Below are positions 1 to 17,217 of a stretch of DNA of 64,000 nt, in pieces; the first letter of the stretch is position 1; every line of letters starts with the position of its first letter. The DNA lies in NCBI RefSeq assembly GCF_009914755.1, contig NC_060927.1; one strand, 5' to 3'. The translations under genes were made by a program, and so were the position numbers. Source of the stretch: the human T2T-CHM13v2.0 reference genome, Homo sapiens. Under the pieces are notes generated by a model. That model made no database searches and had not been told where the DNA came from. It saw nothing but the letters and a program-made list of their open reading frames with translations.

Positions 1-242
1 CTGGAGTCCACTGGCGCGATCTCGGCTCACTGCAACCTCCACCACCCAGAATCAATTGATTCTTCTGCCTCAGCCCCCCAAGTAGTTGGGATTATATGCG
101 CCTGCCACCGTGCCCTGCTAATTTTTGATGGGGGATTTCGCATTGTTGCCCAGGCTGGTCTTGAATTTCTGGGCTCAAGCCATCTGCCTGCCTCAGCCTC
201 TGAAAGTGTTGGGATTACAGGTGTAAGCCACCACACCTGGCC
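1..242 (-). mobile_element. Alu (old, AluJ-like), cut by window start
   Basis: Antisense Alu motifs ctcggctcactgcaacctcc ... gggattacaggtgtaagccaccacacctggcc. Confidence 0.9.
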
Positions 243-254
243 TTAAATTTGGCT

Positions 255-3940
<3,686 letters not shown>

Positions 3941-4297
3941 AAGCATGTCAGTCTTTATTGCTAGAACTCAAACTTTCCAATGGTGTTTGTGTATTAACTT
4001 CATAAATGTGCCTTTAGAGTTTTTACTATTAGAACTTTGAGTGCTCTTCCATTTGAATTTAACAGAAACTGTGTTATGAGAACAAATGACTTACACCTCT
4101 GATTAGTCCCAAATTTATCTTTGTTCAAATCATACTAACAAATGTACCACATTAACTTAACACAAGGATAATCGAAGTCACAACTCAGATATTTATAGGG
4201 ATAATTTTTTATTACAGAGTTTTCCACATGACATGGTAGTTGCTTTGTGATTAGCTGTAGGACTTTTTTTTCCCCAGGTGATAGTAACTGGATAATC

Positions 4298-4300
<3 letters not shown>

Positions 4301-4338
<38 letters not shown>
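4301..4338. repeat. Poly(T) tract of about 38 nt
   Basis: Uninterrupted T run followed by AG. Confidence 0.95.
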
Positions 4339-4340
<2 letters not shown>

Positions 4341-4943
4341 CAACTAACACATTTTATGTTATGGACACTAACATATCTTTAAGATGATCTTACTTTACTC
4401 TTTACTCAAGCACCTAGAAATATTACAGCTAAATTTTGCACCATCTCCAGGAATTGTACACGGCATCGAAGCATTTATTTTGTATAGATGTGCTATCTCT
4501 AACTTCACCTAATTACTTGCTGTTATTTTTCTTTTGCTTTCTGTTTTAGTTTAAAAGTGACAAAAATCTAGTTTTATCCAAGAGACATAGATTCTACTCA
4601 TACTAATTTAATCAAAGAGCAGGACTTATTATGTAATACTGTTTTTTATAGAGCCCAAGGAAGAGAATTCCACCAGACCTGAGGAATTAGCTAGAGAAAT
4701 CAGCTGAAATACCATCAGGATTTTGTCTCCATTCTGTACCTCTGTTCATCTCTGCATAACACCTTTACATTTCTTTTCATTTATAGTGTTAACTCCCACT
4801 CTGAATGATGGTACGTGATCAATATGAACAATGGAAAAGGCTATAATAAGAATCAAAGTAATTAAAAGTTCTCATTGTTATTCAGTAAGTGAGTAATATT
4901 ATTGATTTAACTTAAAGCTTTTCAGTTACAGTATGCATATTTT

Positions 4944-5392
4944 TTTCACTTTTAAATCCAGGGGTACATGAGTAGGTTTGTTACATAGGTAAACTCGTGT
5001 CATGAGGGTTTGTTGTACAGATTATTTCATCACCCAGGGATTAACCCTAGTACTTATTAGTTTATTAGTTATTTTTCTTGATCTTCTCCCTCCTCCCACC
5101 CTCCACTCTCTGGTTGTCCCTAGGATCTGTTGTTCCCATGTACATGGCCATATGTTCTCATCATTTAGCTCCCACTTACAAGTGAGAACATGTAGTATTT
5201 GGTCTTCTGTTACTGCTTAGTTTGCTAAGGATAATGGCCTGCAGCTCCATCCATGTTCCTGCAAAGGATATGATCTCATTCTTTTTCATGGCTGCATAGT
5301 GTTCCATGGTGTACATGTACCACATTTTCTTTATCCATTCTACCATTGATGGGCCTTTAGGTTGATTCCATGTCTTTGCTATTGTGAATAGA
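4944..5392 (-). mobile_element. 5'-truncated L1 3' end (older L1PA-type) with 14-bp TSD
   Basis: Antisense L1 3'UTR (ggggtacatg...gtttgttacataggtaaac...gggcctttaggttgattccatgtc), flanked by agtatgcatatttt at 4930-4943 and 5393-5406. Confidence 0.9.
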
Positions 5393-5406
5393 AGTATGCA
5401 TATTTT

Positions 5407-6560
5407 AAAAACATTAAGGAATAAAAATAGAATTAAGGATACTCATCGATCTAATAAAATGGAGGGAAAAAGAAAAATAATGAAAAAGGAAAAACATTGT
5501 TAAACAGCGCACAATAATATGAGAGTAATACATCTACTACAAGGAACCATCATAAACACAAACAGATGAAATCACAGGGTAAAGCAAATTCTCACTTTGG
5601 TTAAAACTATAAAATTCAGCTATACCTTGTTTATAAAAGATAGTAATAACAATGTTACAAAAGATTACAAAAAAATAGATTTTAAATTCAATACATTATT
5701 ATGGATTACAGGGCATTACATGATAAAAGGAAGATATGATTTTGATGCTATATGACCCTAGCAACATACTGTAATATACATGAAGTAAAAATTATGAATA
5801 GAAATGGATAGATATGCAATCATAGAGAAAGATTTTTAACTACTTCATATAATTTTAAAAATTAGTTGCTTTAGCAGACAAAAATTTGGTTTCAAGATAC
5901 AGAATTTGAACCATACAATTTATAAACTTTATATAATGGCCATACATGAAATGTGTGTGAAACAGAGAACACATTATTCCCAAGAACCAAATGTTTTAAA
6001 AAGCAAACATGCATTGGCCACCAAGAAACTCTCAACAAAATTGGAATTAAATTGTAATAAGTTGTAGAACTTGATGGTCAAAATATAGGCATTTGAAAAA
6101 TTTTAAATGCATGCTAATATAATGTATTGGTTAAAGAATAAATAATCAAATATTCATATATCAAAATGGATGCATGATAGATAAAATATCAAGTGAAAAA
6201 AGAAGTTGCAGATTTGTAGCATATTGTTTACATAAGGAAGTTGCAGATTTGTAACATAAACATATGTAAATTTAAACACAAAAAACAATATTACTATGTA
6301 TAAATACATAGACACTGGCTACTATAACATTCATAGGAATGATATAAAGTGTTTATAGGGCAGTGGATACTTCTAGGAAATCAGGAAGGGGAAATAGTTA
6401 TAGCCAAATCTATAACATGTATAACATCCAATTTCTTTTTTAAAAAAGATCTGAAGCAAATGTGGTGAAGTGTTAATTTCTCTTAAATTTGGTTCTTGGA
6501 TGACATGCTGTTTTTATTTTTTTCTGAATGTATAAAATATTTTGTAATTAAAATAAAATA
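5407..6560 (+). mobile_element. Highly decayed ancient L1M fragments
   Basis: A-rich strand bias and weak ORF2/3'UTR-like phrases; boundaries approximate. Confidence 0.5.
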
Positions 6561-7830
6561 ATGTCTTTAAAGAAATGTTAGCAAAGTAGAAAACAAATGC
6601 CCTACAGTCAGAGGAAATTTTTTCTATCTTGGCTATGTCATTAAGGAAAGTGTGGGATGTTGCATGAATTATGTAATTTTATTGGGCTCCAGTGTCTTAT
6701 GTTATAGAATCATTCTGAGAATTATATAAGATTTCTATAAATTGTTCACTTAATTTTGAACTGCCACATGGTAGTTGCTCACCAAATATTTATTCTCACA
6801 TTTGCTGAATAAATGAATGAGTAAAGGAACAAGCAAGATTATGTTCTAGGATCATGCGTAAGCAATGCATACTCTTTCTCAATTTATAATCCAGAAATAT
6901 GTCTGATAAGGGAAACAAGAGATAATTGTATCTGTATCTTTCAAGAGGTGCATAGTGAGTCTTGTTATTTTCTGAATCTCATCTTTTGATAGCAGCAAGC
7001 GAAGCATTACTTTTTGCCACATTAGTAAGCTGCACCTTTGGTCATCATGCTTATTATTTGTCCTGATTTAAAGATTTTTCCAGTGTATAGTTTAAAGAAT
7101 AAATCCTAGGTGGCCTCCTCAACAACATCTATTTCCTCTAGAAATAAAATAGTGCTTAGATTTTTGGACATGATTTTCCTTGTGAAAATGATGGACTGTG
7201 TATTTGGTAATATTTAACCTTATGGTCATTAAAAAAAAGCTTTTCTCCATTCCCCCAAATGCAGGACTCTGTCAAGTATCTGTGGAACTAATATCAGACT
7301 CACATCCTTGAACAAGAAGTTTTTGGGTTACATGGTGCCAAAATAACCAGTTGAAAGGTGAATAATTTTGTCAAGATGATTTTGTAAAATTCTTTAGAAG
7401 ACAATATGTTCAGTTTAAAGAAATTAATTGGCCATTTCCCTGAACTCAACCTCTTTTCAAATGAATTTATCAAAACCATCTGTATGTCTAGACATGGCCA
7501 AAGATATAGTATTCCCACTGGTATATTAAGTAACAAAAATGAACAAATTAGAAAATTAATAGTTCTTTAGGGAGTATTAGTAATCTTGGTAAAAGAATTG
7601 AAGGGAAAGTTTAAATCTACTTAAGCCTATATTCTTATTTTCCCAAGGGGAGTCATTTATTAAAATGTTAATTTCAAAAAGAGTTAATTTACCATCTGGA
7701 AGCAATATTTTACAAGCTATAACTTAATTAACTAAGCTATATCTAAAGCAGTTCTAAGAAATATGCTGCAAGTTTTTTTCTTTGAGGAACTAATGGGTAG
7801 GATTCTTGATTTTTATAACTGACAGCAATA

Positions 7831-8136
7831 CAGTCATCCCTTAATATCTCTGCAGATACCAAAATCCATGGATGTTTTAGTTCTTTATATAAAATGGCAT
7901 AGTATCTGCATAAAGCCTATGCACATTCTCCTGTATACTTTAAGTCATCTCTAGATTATTTATAATACCGAATATAATGTAAATGATATGTAAATAGCTG
8001 TTATGCCATATTTTTATTTGCATTTTTAAATTATTATATTGTTTCTACTTGTTGTTTCTTTTCTTTAAAGAACGTTTTAGATCCAAAGTTGATTGAATCA
8101 CCAAATGCAGAACCCAGGGATACAGAGGGATGACTG
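7831..8136. mobile_element. MER2-like (TcMar-Tigger) non-autonomous DNA transposon
   Basis: Terminal inverted repeats cagtcatccct / agggatgactg, TA on the left flank, internal gataccaaaatccatggatg. Confidence 0.85.
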
Positions 8137-8569
8137 AATATGAAATCATTAAACAGTAATCATGTAGATAATTTTGACTTGTAAAGTAAGAAGATTATGT
8201 ACTCAGGATTTTCATTCAGTCCTAGTAAAATTCTGAGTTAGACAAATACTCCAAAAGTTTAATGGAAAGACAACCATTCTTTTTTGTAGACTTTTAAAAT
8301 TTTTATTTTTTAATTGACAAATGTTAATTTTACATATTCACGGGGTACATAGTGATGACTTCTTCTGTTTTGTCATTGGTCATATGTATGGGGAGAGGTG
8401 ATGTGAAAGAAAGAATGACTAAGTAAAACTATGACTTGACACTGAAGAGGAAGTCATGCTAGATCTGTGATCCCATGCAAAATGTACCACAGTGCCTAGA
8501 CCATGATTCTAGTTTTAAAATTATTTTCTTTTTGCTTTGTTTTTACAACTGTATTGAGATATAATTCAT

Positions 8570-8980
8570 TTATTTCCCATTTTCTGGGACTGTCTTTTCA
8601 CTGTCATCATGAAAGTAAAACAAATATTTTTAATTTTGATGAAGTCCAACTTATCTATATTTTAAATTTTTTCTTATGCTTTTGGTGGCATGGGAGGGCT
8701 AAGAGGGCTTTGTGAACCAATGTCATGAAGATTTACTCCTGTATTTTCTTCTGTGAGTTTTATGCTCTTTACTTTTACATTTACATCTATCTTCTACTTG
8801 GAGTTACTTTTTATGTACTGTGTAAGAAAAGGATTCAGCTTAACTCTCACATGTGGATATCCAGTGTCCCAGGACCATATGTAAAAAAGACAATTCTTTC
8901 TCCATTTAATTGTCTTAACACCCTTGTCAAAAAATCAATTGATTATAAATGTGAGGGCATATTTTTGGACTCTCTAGTCT
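8570..8980 (-). mobile_element. L1 ORF2 fragment
   Basis: Antisense L1 phrases (ttttgatgaagtccaactta; atgtggatatccagt; ttgtcaaaaaatcaattg). Confidence 0.7.
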
Positions 8981-9091
8981 ATTAGAGCAATAACACAAAA
9001 AGGCACTCTATGGGGTTAATTTTTAATGGAAACTTTTTCCTCTTTAATCCTGTGAACTATTGAAATTCTGTTTGCTGAGCATAATCTACTG

Positions 9092-9094
<3 letters not shown>

Positions 9095-9149
<55 letters not shown>
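9095..9149. repeat. (AC)n microsatellite, about 27 units
   Basis: Perfect dinucleotide run. Confidence 0.98.
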
Positions 9150-9150
<1 letters not shown>

Positions 9151-9949
9151 GGGGCAGGGGGAGAGATCTATGTTCTCAGTTTTATTCCACCCTATATTCA
9201 CCGGGCTGTTGTGGCTTCAACCATCTTCCTTGTTTCTCAGTTTTTACATTCACCCTTTCTGTTTGTTTCTTTCCTTATAAGTACCTTCAAATTTTCCTAG
9301 ATCAACATAAAGAAACCCAAAATATAATCCTTCAACCTTCAGGCTTTATTTTCAAGCTATATTTCCTTCTCATTCTTTCCCTTTATCACTTGTCTTCTCA
9401 AACATCTGTGTATATGAACATTTACATTTATTTTAAAATAGTAAAAACATTGTAGGGAAAAATATTAGTTATCAGAAATGCATTCTTAATACTGTCTTCA
9501 ATTTTCGTTTACTCCTCACTCCCATGATGATCTCTAGTTTGTAGCAACCCGTAATCCAAGCTGCTGTTCCATACACAAATATGGCCCTCCAGAAGTCAAA
9601 TTCATTTCAAAATGCAATCGGATTTTTCACAAACTTAACAAGCTGATTTTGTAACTTAAATGAAAGAGCAAAAGATTAACAATATCCAAGACATTTCCAG
9701 AGAAGAAAACTTCTCTAACAGATGATAAAATTTTAATGAGGCTATGGCAACGAAGGCATTTTGGTATGAGCACGGAGATAGATAAAGTAAACCTATGAAA
9801 CATAGTGAGTCTTGGAAGAAATCATTGAAATATACAGATTCAGCTTATATACCACAGTGTATTTCTCTTGCTTATAACAGCTTGTGCTTTTTCCATGGTC
9901 TTATAGGGTTATGGCACACTCCAGAAAAAAAATACCATGTGTATTTTGT

Positions 9950-10290
9950 AAGTGATGGACAGGGGTCTGGGCTGGTACTGGCGTTATGGTCCTCTGGTTG
10001 GAGTGAGGACTTAGAGATTTCTGGTAATAAATGGAAAGTGGGCTCAAGTCCATTTCACTGGGGGTTCAATGGGTCTGTAGACTCAACCTGTGGTTATTTC
10101 CCCCTTTCTAGAATTTACAACTGGGAAAGATAGCTGTGGATAAGACCCTCATATTTGCTTCTGGGCCTTTCAGAAAAAGGGTTGTTATGAAAGGAATGGA
10201 CACATTTAATCAGATGTAGCCCAATTACACCTGCTTTACCAGATGTAATATCTTTGCTGGAGCAGATCAGCATAGCCTCTGGTATTGTTT
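9950..10290 (+). mobile_element. ERVL-class internal (pol/RT) fragment
   Basis: About 10216-10282 translates to VAQLHLLY/PALPDVISLLEQISIASG, resembling the HERV-L RT segment AAVPDVVSLLEQIN. Confidence 0.6.
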
Positions 10291-10423
10291 GACAACACAT
10301 TCTTCATTTCTTGAGTAGAGAAGTATAATAACACAGTTTACTTTATACAGCAAGGCAGTATACATTCACTGTTTTGCTTTAGAGTTTTCATGCTAACTCT
10401 CTTATTTGTCATAAAAAGGGAAC

Positions 10424-11051
10424 TGACAATACTATCACTTTACTTGAACTCTGTTTGCTTGGAAAACAGTGATAGTTAAGAAACTCCCACGTAGCCTTCT
10501 AGTAAACAACTTACAGCAAAGAACCACTCTTTTCCAAATGACTTGGATAAGACTCACGGAAGACCCTTTGCTTACCTATGACAAGGCCAGACACATATCT
10601 TCCAAATTCCCTTTCTTTGCTTAATAACTGAGTAGCTAAACTGTTTGTCCCATTCACTAACTTGTTTTGACCAAACTTTAGTCAGCAACCCCCCACTCAG
10701 GTCCCTGAATTGTAACTTGTCCCTGAAATTAAACAAGCATCAAATGCAAAAGCAACCTTTTATACGCCCCCTTCTAAGAACTGGCTGACTACAGAGAAAA
10801 ACATTTGCGGATCAACTTTTCCATCAAGTCGGCTGCTCATCCACTTCCCTACACCACATTCTTCCTAGCTCTGTTTACTCCTCCTTATAAAAGAAAAGCA
10901 TTTTGTGCCCGACCCTTAAGATCTTTACAAGTCTTATGGTAGATCTTATGGTGAGAACATTCTCTGTATTACAGTAGTCCCCCTCTCCTTATTACAATAA
11001 TCTTCTTAAATAAAATCCTATTTATCTAAGTCTGGATTTTTAAAATTGGCA
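10424..11051 (+). mobile_element. Solo ERV1 (MER4-group, MER31/MER67-like) LTR; subfamily uncertain
   Basis: LTR layout with TATAAAA near 10886 and AATAAA near 11009, plus gataagactc and atgacaaggccagacac motifs; ends approximate. Confidence 0.55.
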
Positions 11052-11129
11052 GTACAAAGTATGCAAATACTGGTAACTCACATTAATGTTCACTATAGGA
11101 TATAACGCTTTTGAGGAGATCCCCAACAA

Positions 11130-12090
11130 CCAAGGGATTAGAATGACTCATCCTCTGCATGTCGGCCAGCCTCTCTCTTGATCACCTCAATATTTATACA
11201 GTGGGTATAAAGCTTCCATTTTGGTAGGAATGAACACTCTATGAGCAGAGCATCCATTTTGGTAGGAATAAAAATCATTTATGAGCTCAAGATCATAGGC
11301 TGTCTCTCACCAGGGCTGACTTGGCAGCTGCCGCTGCTGATGTATAGGTACTGGCAACAAAGACCAATGCTGACCCCTTAATACACCACCATTCCTCAGG
11401 AATGCCAGCAAATGGCTCGGTGGAAGTTCTACTGCATCTTGGAGGGAACAGCAATTAGTTCTTGCCAGAGGTGTTACATATTCTAACTATAGGTTTTCCC
11501 AGCCTGCCTACAGTGCTGTCAGTAGAACTCCCATCTAAAGAATTGCAGAATCCCTGATCTTTTGACATGATATCACATACAACATTATCTCAGAATAAGA
11601 AACCAATTTTAGACAAATGAGCTACAACCTTAAGGGCAGAGAGGAAACATGTCTAGAACCCAGAGGATTCACCACACATATTTGATGCTGCTGTGCCCAT
11701 TGATAACTATACATAGGCAATAACACCAAATATGGCCCAACAATAATAAGGCCAGTAAGAAATCAGACCTATTGGGGTTGAACATCTGGATGATCCCAGT
11801 AGGGTGACTAATTCACCCCAATTTGCCTTGGACTTTGCCAGCTTTTAGCACTGAAAGTCTTGCATTCAAGAAACCCCTTTGTGTAGGCAAAATAAAGTTT
11901 GAAACTGAATCTTGCATCCCAGAAACATCTCAATTGCAAATTGGGATGAGTGGTCAACTTACCCCAACAAGGAAACAACTCAAATCATTTAAAGGGCTGG
12001 CCACAAGTGAGAAAATCTAGAATGGATGGTAGAGGAGGGAGATGATGAATATAATTGATAACTTAGAATCAGTTGTAACAGCATGAACTT
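11130..12090 (+). mobile_element. ERVL-class internal (integrase-region) fragment
   Basis: gctgacttggcagctgccgctgctgatgt...caacaaagaccaatgctgacccct...accattcctcagg resembles HERV-L IN DLATATAEC..QQRPTLSP..TIPRG. Confidence 0.6.
11800..11961. mobile_element. MER81-like hAT-Blackjack fossil nested in ERVL sequence
   Basis: tagggtgacta ... ttttagcactgaaagtc ... tggtcaactta, with degenerate TIRs. Confidence 0.6.
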
Positions 12091-12189
12091 TATTAACTTC
12101 CCTTCAAATCTTTGCAGCAGATTACATCCATCTTTAAAGACTGGACTTGCACATCATCTCTTGGGGAAGAAGTAATGAGGTGGGCACTA

Positions 12190-12320
12190 TTATTATAACA
12201 GTTTTACAGGTGATATAAGTGATACTGAGAGATTATGTAAATTGCCAAAGATCACAAAGCTAAATATTTGAATACAAGTCTCCCTGATTCCCAGTCCTGG
12301 AGCTCTTTATCACTATGTCA
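12190..12320. mobile_element. MIR SINE fragment
   Basis: ttttacaggtga...actgagag...ttgccaaagatcacaaagcta MIR core. Confidence 0.6.
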
Positions 12321-12637
12321 TACTGCTATGTATGTATGCTCATGTCCCCAACTAAACTATAAATTCCTAGGGAGAAGAATGCATATCTCATTTATTTTTG
12401 AATTAAATAAGTTACTAAAGTGTTATCACAGCATATAATAGTATTAAATGTTAACTCCCATCTTGTGTATACCTCACTTCACCTTGCCATTATTTTATTT
12501 TGTTGAACGTAAGAACATGCTGTTAACTTCTTAATTTAAAATTACTTGAAGAAAATAAAAACTTCTAATACCTATTCATGTTAAGGTAATAAAAATCAAC
12601 ATAAACAGGAAAAAGGATATCATTTTTATTCTCTAAA

Positions 12638-12833
12638 CTGGCACTATTCAACAGGAGTTTCAGGAATGCTGGAAGTATTCTGTCCATGCAGTTCAATATG
12701 GTAGCTACTAGCCACATGTGTCTATTGAGTACTTGAAACGTGACATGCAACTGAGTGATTGAATTTTTTATTTTAGATAATTTAAATTTATATAGCCACA
12801 TCTGGCTAGCAGCTACCATATTGGAAAGCACAG
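12638..12833. mobile_element. MER3-like hAT-Charlie fossil
   Basis: caatatggtagctactagccacatgtg ... tagccacatctggctagcagctaccatattgg internal palindromes. Confidence 0.8.
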
Positions 12834-15713
12834 GTTTAAATTCTATAAATTATAAAACTGTGTAACAAGTGATACAAGTTGCAGCTAAAGTCATTGATCA
12901 AATTATTCCAATAATTTTCAATTCTGATGTGACTCTAGCTTCTATCTGAGCTTTGTTTTGACTGTATCTCTTCCAATGATTTCTTCATGGAATTTATAGT
13001 CATTCATTACTGGGAATCCTGCCAGGCACCTAAGAGGGTGGGTTCACACGCTGCCCTACTTCTCAGCTTTCTGTTTTCCTCACTGCCTTCTTGGCCTCTC
13101 GGTGACTCTTTCACCATGAACTACAATGATATTTACCGTACCATCTAGATGCTCTCTGTATGCCAAGAACTGGTGCTGGGAACATTTGAACCAGAGGACA
13201 AGGGAGAGAGAGGAGGAGGCCAGAGTGGCATAAAAATAGGAGATGAGGTGGGCTGGATTTTTCTCATCCTGATTGCCAAAGCCAATGCTTTGCCAGGACC
13301 TTGTTTCATTCTACAGAGTGGCAAGGCTCCAGCTGATTGCAGTCTAGCTGATACATGGGGCAAAGTCAAAAGTGGAAAAAAATAAAAAAGGGAGAAAAGA
13401 AAGAAATATAAAGTATAAAAGATGGACTAGGATAGACAAGGGCTCAGTCAGGGCATCCGCTGAGGCTCAGACTCAGAGCAGGCTGACCCAAAGAGGATGG
13501 ACAGTCTCATGTGACGTTCCTGTGGCCAGGGACCATTCGTGAGGATAGGTTGCTTGCTGAAGAGTCTACTAATCTAGATGTCAATGGGAGTCTTCAGGAT
13601 ATGCATACCTACAGACTTCCCCCTATCTAGAGATTTATGTGTTCCACCGGGGGTAAACTGTCTGATAAACTGAGCTCCCCAAACCCACGTGAAGGAAGGC
13701 TAAAACGCTGTTAGGGAATACATGCCACACAAGCAACTGTTTATGTCCTCAGTTAATAACTAAACCTGAAAACATGTGTGTCACTCCTTGGGCAGTGAGG
13801 CATCTCTTCAAGGGTTGAACAAATAGGTCTTCCTTAGTATGCTGTGCCATGCACCCCCATTATCTTTTCAAATAATCAACGGGAGATTTATATCTGGCCA
13901 CTATCTTCAATCTCAGCTTCAGTACCCAAAGGGGAAAATGTCTTGGAATTACAATGGGCATGCTGTTATAATTGGTATTGATCGGTTGATTTATTAATTT
14001 CTACTGCTTTTTAATACCATTGCTCTTAGACTATTATCAGCCAGTACAGAATTACTGCAATATTTTAACAACCCATAAATTTGCTAAACCTGACGTTCCC
14101 ATGGGAGTATCAGTCTTGAAGGCATGTAATGGCTTTCTTGCTATTAGTTTCCCACTATTTTGTCTTTGACACAATTTCTTTTCTCTCCCAGGCACTGTAA
14201 ATTGTTTTAAAATCTTGCTTGCTTCTGTGTCAATTGAATTCACACGAGAATGGTACTTATTAGCCAGAGCCTGATAATTGAATAATTAATATTTTGAGTG
14301 ATTTCTGGTTATCGCCCAGGGTTTACTAGTAAGGAAGCCAGTCGGAAGAACAGTGATTTGACTAAAGACTTAGTGAAGATTTGCACTCTGACCCCTTGAG
14401 CAACATATGTTACTCGTGGCATGGGCAAACAGAACTGGACTCTGCTGAGGTAGGATTCAAAAGAAGGTTAGGATGTTCATTGATAAAGTCAAGTAGAGTA
14501 GAAGTCTCACTCTAGGTATCTGGGAGGAAGTATTTATTTATTTATTTATTTATTTATTTATGTAAATTAGTGAAATTTACCAAAGGACTTAGGGAGAATC
14601 ATGGAAGCCAAATGCTGGAGTAAGAGCTATTAACGTCATTTAGTTAGAGTTCTAGATAACAATTTCCAGTATTAAGGTCCCCCCTACTAAGCCTAGCTAG
14701 GAGCTAAGTGACTATCTCCACTCTGGCCTGAAATTCTTGTTTTTACTCTCAGCCCAGCAGATTCCTTTCTGTGACCTGATGACATTCTGTACTGGGATGC
14801 AGCTTCTTTGTTTCTGGGCCTTTATGACTATTTACAGAGCCCTCAGCCTTCCCATCTGTAAATGCTCAAAGTTCACTCCAAGTGCAGTCTCTAGAGTCCT
14901 CTGTTCCTCTACAGTGTGCTTGGCTAAATGCTCTGCCTATTATTTTATTGTGAACCCCAGGAATGAAGTATTTTTTGTTGGCCTCCTGAAGTCCTCTTTA
15001 ACCTGAGAGTTCACTGGGCACAGCCCTTTCCCTGCCTGGATTCTTGGCCTCTTCAGAGTTCTATCCTGCCAGCTAGATCTGCTCTCTCAGACACATACTC
15101 AAGATAGGAAGTGTTACCCAGTGACTCAGCTTCCTTTGGTAGTATGAGCAAGTTACTCACTAGGGTTTGACTTGAAGCACCCCCTCCCTATTTCAGGGAG
15201 ACCTTGACATTTAGTTATATATCTACACATTCTACCAGCATTAACAGCCCAGCAAACTTATTATTACAGGTACAAGGAATATTAACTGCTGAACAGATTG
15301 TTTTTTGGCTCCAGATGAAAGATGTAATGTGGTAGTGATAGCTTATGAGGGGTTATTTGTGTCAACTGATAGGTCCTATAATTAGATACCTGAAAACAAA
15401 CTCACTCTTGTGGCCAAATATTTTGAGAAATTAACCAATATTGTCTCTCTCTATAATATTTTCTCTCAGATTTTCTGAATCTGCTTTCATTCTCAAGTGA
15501 GGTCTGTGGAAGGGCAAAAGGCCATGCTATCTGAGAAAAAGTCATTTCCTGCTTTTGGTTTTCAAAATGTTAAACCTTAGGGATTAAAAAACGTTTCTAA
15601 TGAAAGTAAAATGGCATAGTTAAAAAGAAGAAAAAGGAGGGAGAAGGATCTTTCATAGACTAGCAAGAGATAACCACTGTCGGGGAGAGGGAAGCAGAAA
15701 GGACTATGTCCAG

Positions 15714-16077
15714 TGATTCAGTCAGTTCAGGCTGCTATACAAAATTACCATAGACTGGGTGGCTTAGACAATACATACTGATTTCTCACATCTGAAGGCT
15801 GGGAAGCTGAGGATAAAGGTGTCAGCATATACACTGTCTAGTGAGGGCCCCTTCCTGATTTGCAGATGGCCATCTTCTCATTGTGTCCTCACATGGCAGA
15901 GAAGAGAGAGAGCAACTCTCTCATGTCTCTTCTTATAAGGGTACCAATCCCATTATGAGGTCTCCATTTTCATGACTTAATTACCTCCCAGAAGCCCTAC
16001 TTCCTAATACCATCAAATTCAGGGTTAGAATGTCAACATATGAATTTCTGTGAGACACAAACATTTAGTCCATAGCA
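15714..16077 (-). mobile_element. MaLR solo LTR (MLT1A/MST-like)
   Basis: ggctgctatacaaaattaccatagactgggtggctta ... gacacaaacatttagtccatagca; about 360 bp. Confidence 0.85.
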
Positions 16078-17126
16078 TCCAATATACTGGGTGACCCTGG
16101 GGAGGCAGTAAAAAGAGTGGCTGCATGGTATACCTGCACCAGGAATCTCAAACACCTACTATGGTAAATTAAAGGCAGGTAATATAAACAGTTGAAAAGG
16201 GCCTGGTGTTAAAAAAAAAATCTTGCAATGATTATAACAATGTCAATATCAACTGGCTCCCTGCCTCAGCTTTGGGGAGATAATGAGGTTGGATGGGTCT
16301 GTAGCAAACAAGAGAGGTAAACAGGCACCCACTTCTCAGCTTTTGTGGTTGTTGACACATGAAGAGGTGGTCCATTATTGCTAGATATTCTTATTTTCAA
16401 GAGAAGGCAGAAATTTTGATATTTTTAGTGAACTCTCCTGACTTTTAAGAGTTGGCTTAAATGATTTTAAAACATAGAGTGAGCCAAACAAAACACATCT
16501 GCAGGCCAGATGTAGATTTTTATGCCAATGATTTGCAACCTTTAGTCAAGACAGGACCACAGGCCACTTCAGCAAAGATTCTTCTGAGGGTGGCACAGAA
16601 GCAGCAGAGGGCTTTGAAAGGGTTGGCCTGATGGAGTCATGCAGATAGGGGCCATAGTAACTTGCAAACTGATGACCAAGGACCAGAAGACACCTTCATT
16701 GCCAATGTTTTGGCCCCGTGGCCTAACTCTAGGGGTGAGCAAGAAGTAGGAATTCTAATACACAATTAGCTCTAAAGATAATTGTTTCACCAGCCACGCG
16801 GGATGAAGGTTGAACACAGACATTGATTTGGGTTATGGAGAAAAGGCTGTGATAATTTTTGCACACAAGAATTTGTGGACTGAGATTTACACTTGCTATG
16901 TCCAATGACTTGTCAAACACTGCAAACAATTCCTCGGTGAGCACAACATGACTTCCAGCACCCCACCTATCAGGTATTCTCTGCATTTCTTTAATATTCA
17001 AGCCATCTAATGAGCTGGGTACTATGCTGTGAACTTTGTTATAGAGGAAGGGATTCTATTCCATGGAGAATCTAAACAGATAGTTGCCATACATTTTTTA
17101 GCAGTTTTATTGAGGTCTAATTATTA

Positions 17127-17217
17127 TTTTTTTTTTTTTTGAGACAGAGTGTCGCTCTGTCACCCAGGCTGGAGTGCAGTGGCATGATCTTGGCTCACCA
17201 CAAGCTCCACCTCCTGG
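17127..17217 (-). mobile_element. Alu 3' fragment interrupted by HERV9
   Basis: Poly-T plus gagacagagt...caagctccacctcctgg abutting the LTR12 start. Confidence 0.92.

Noticed and set aside
7290-7540. Minus-strand ORF ending at a GTGAGT donor-like site
   Set aside because: No good upstream acceptor and no recognisable protein.
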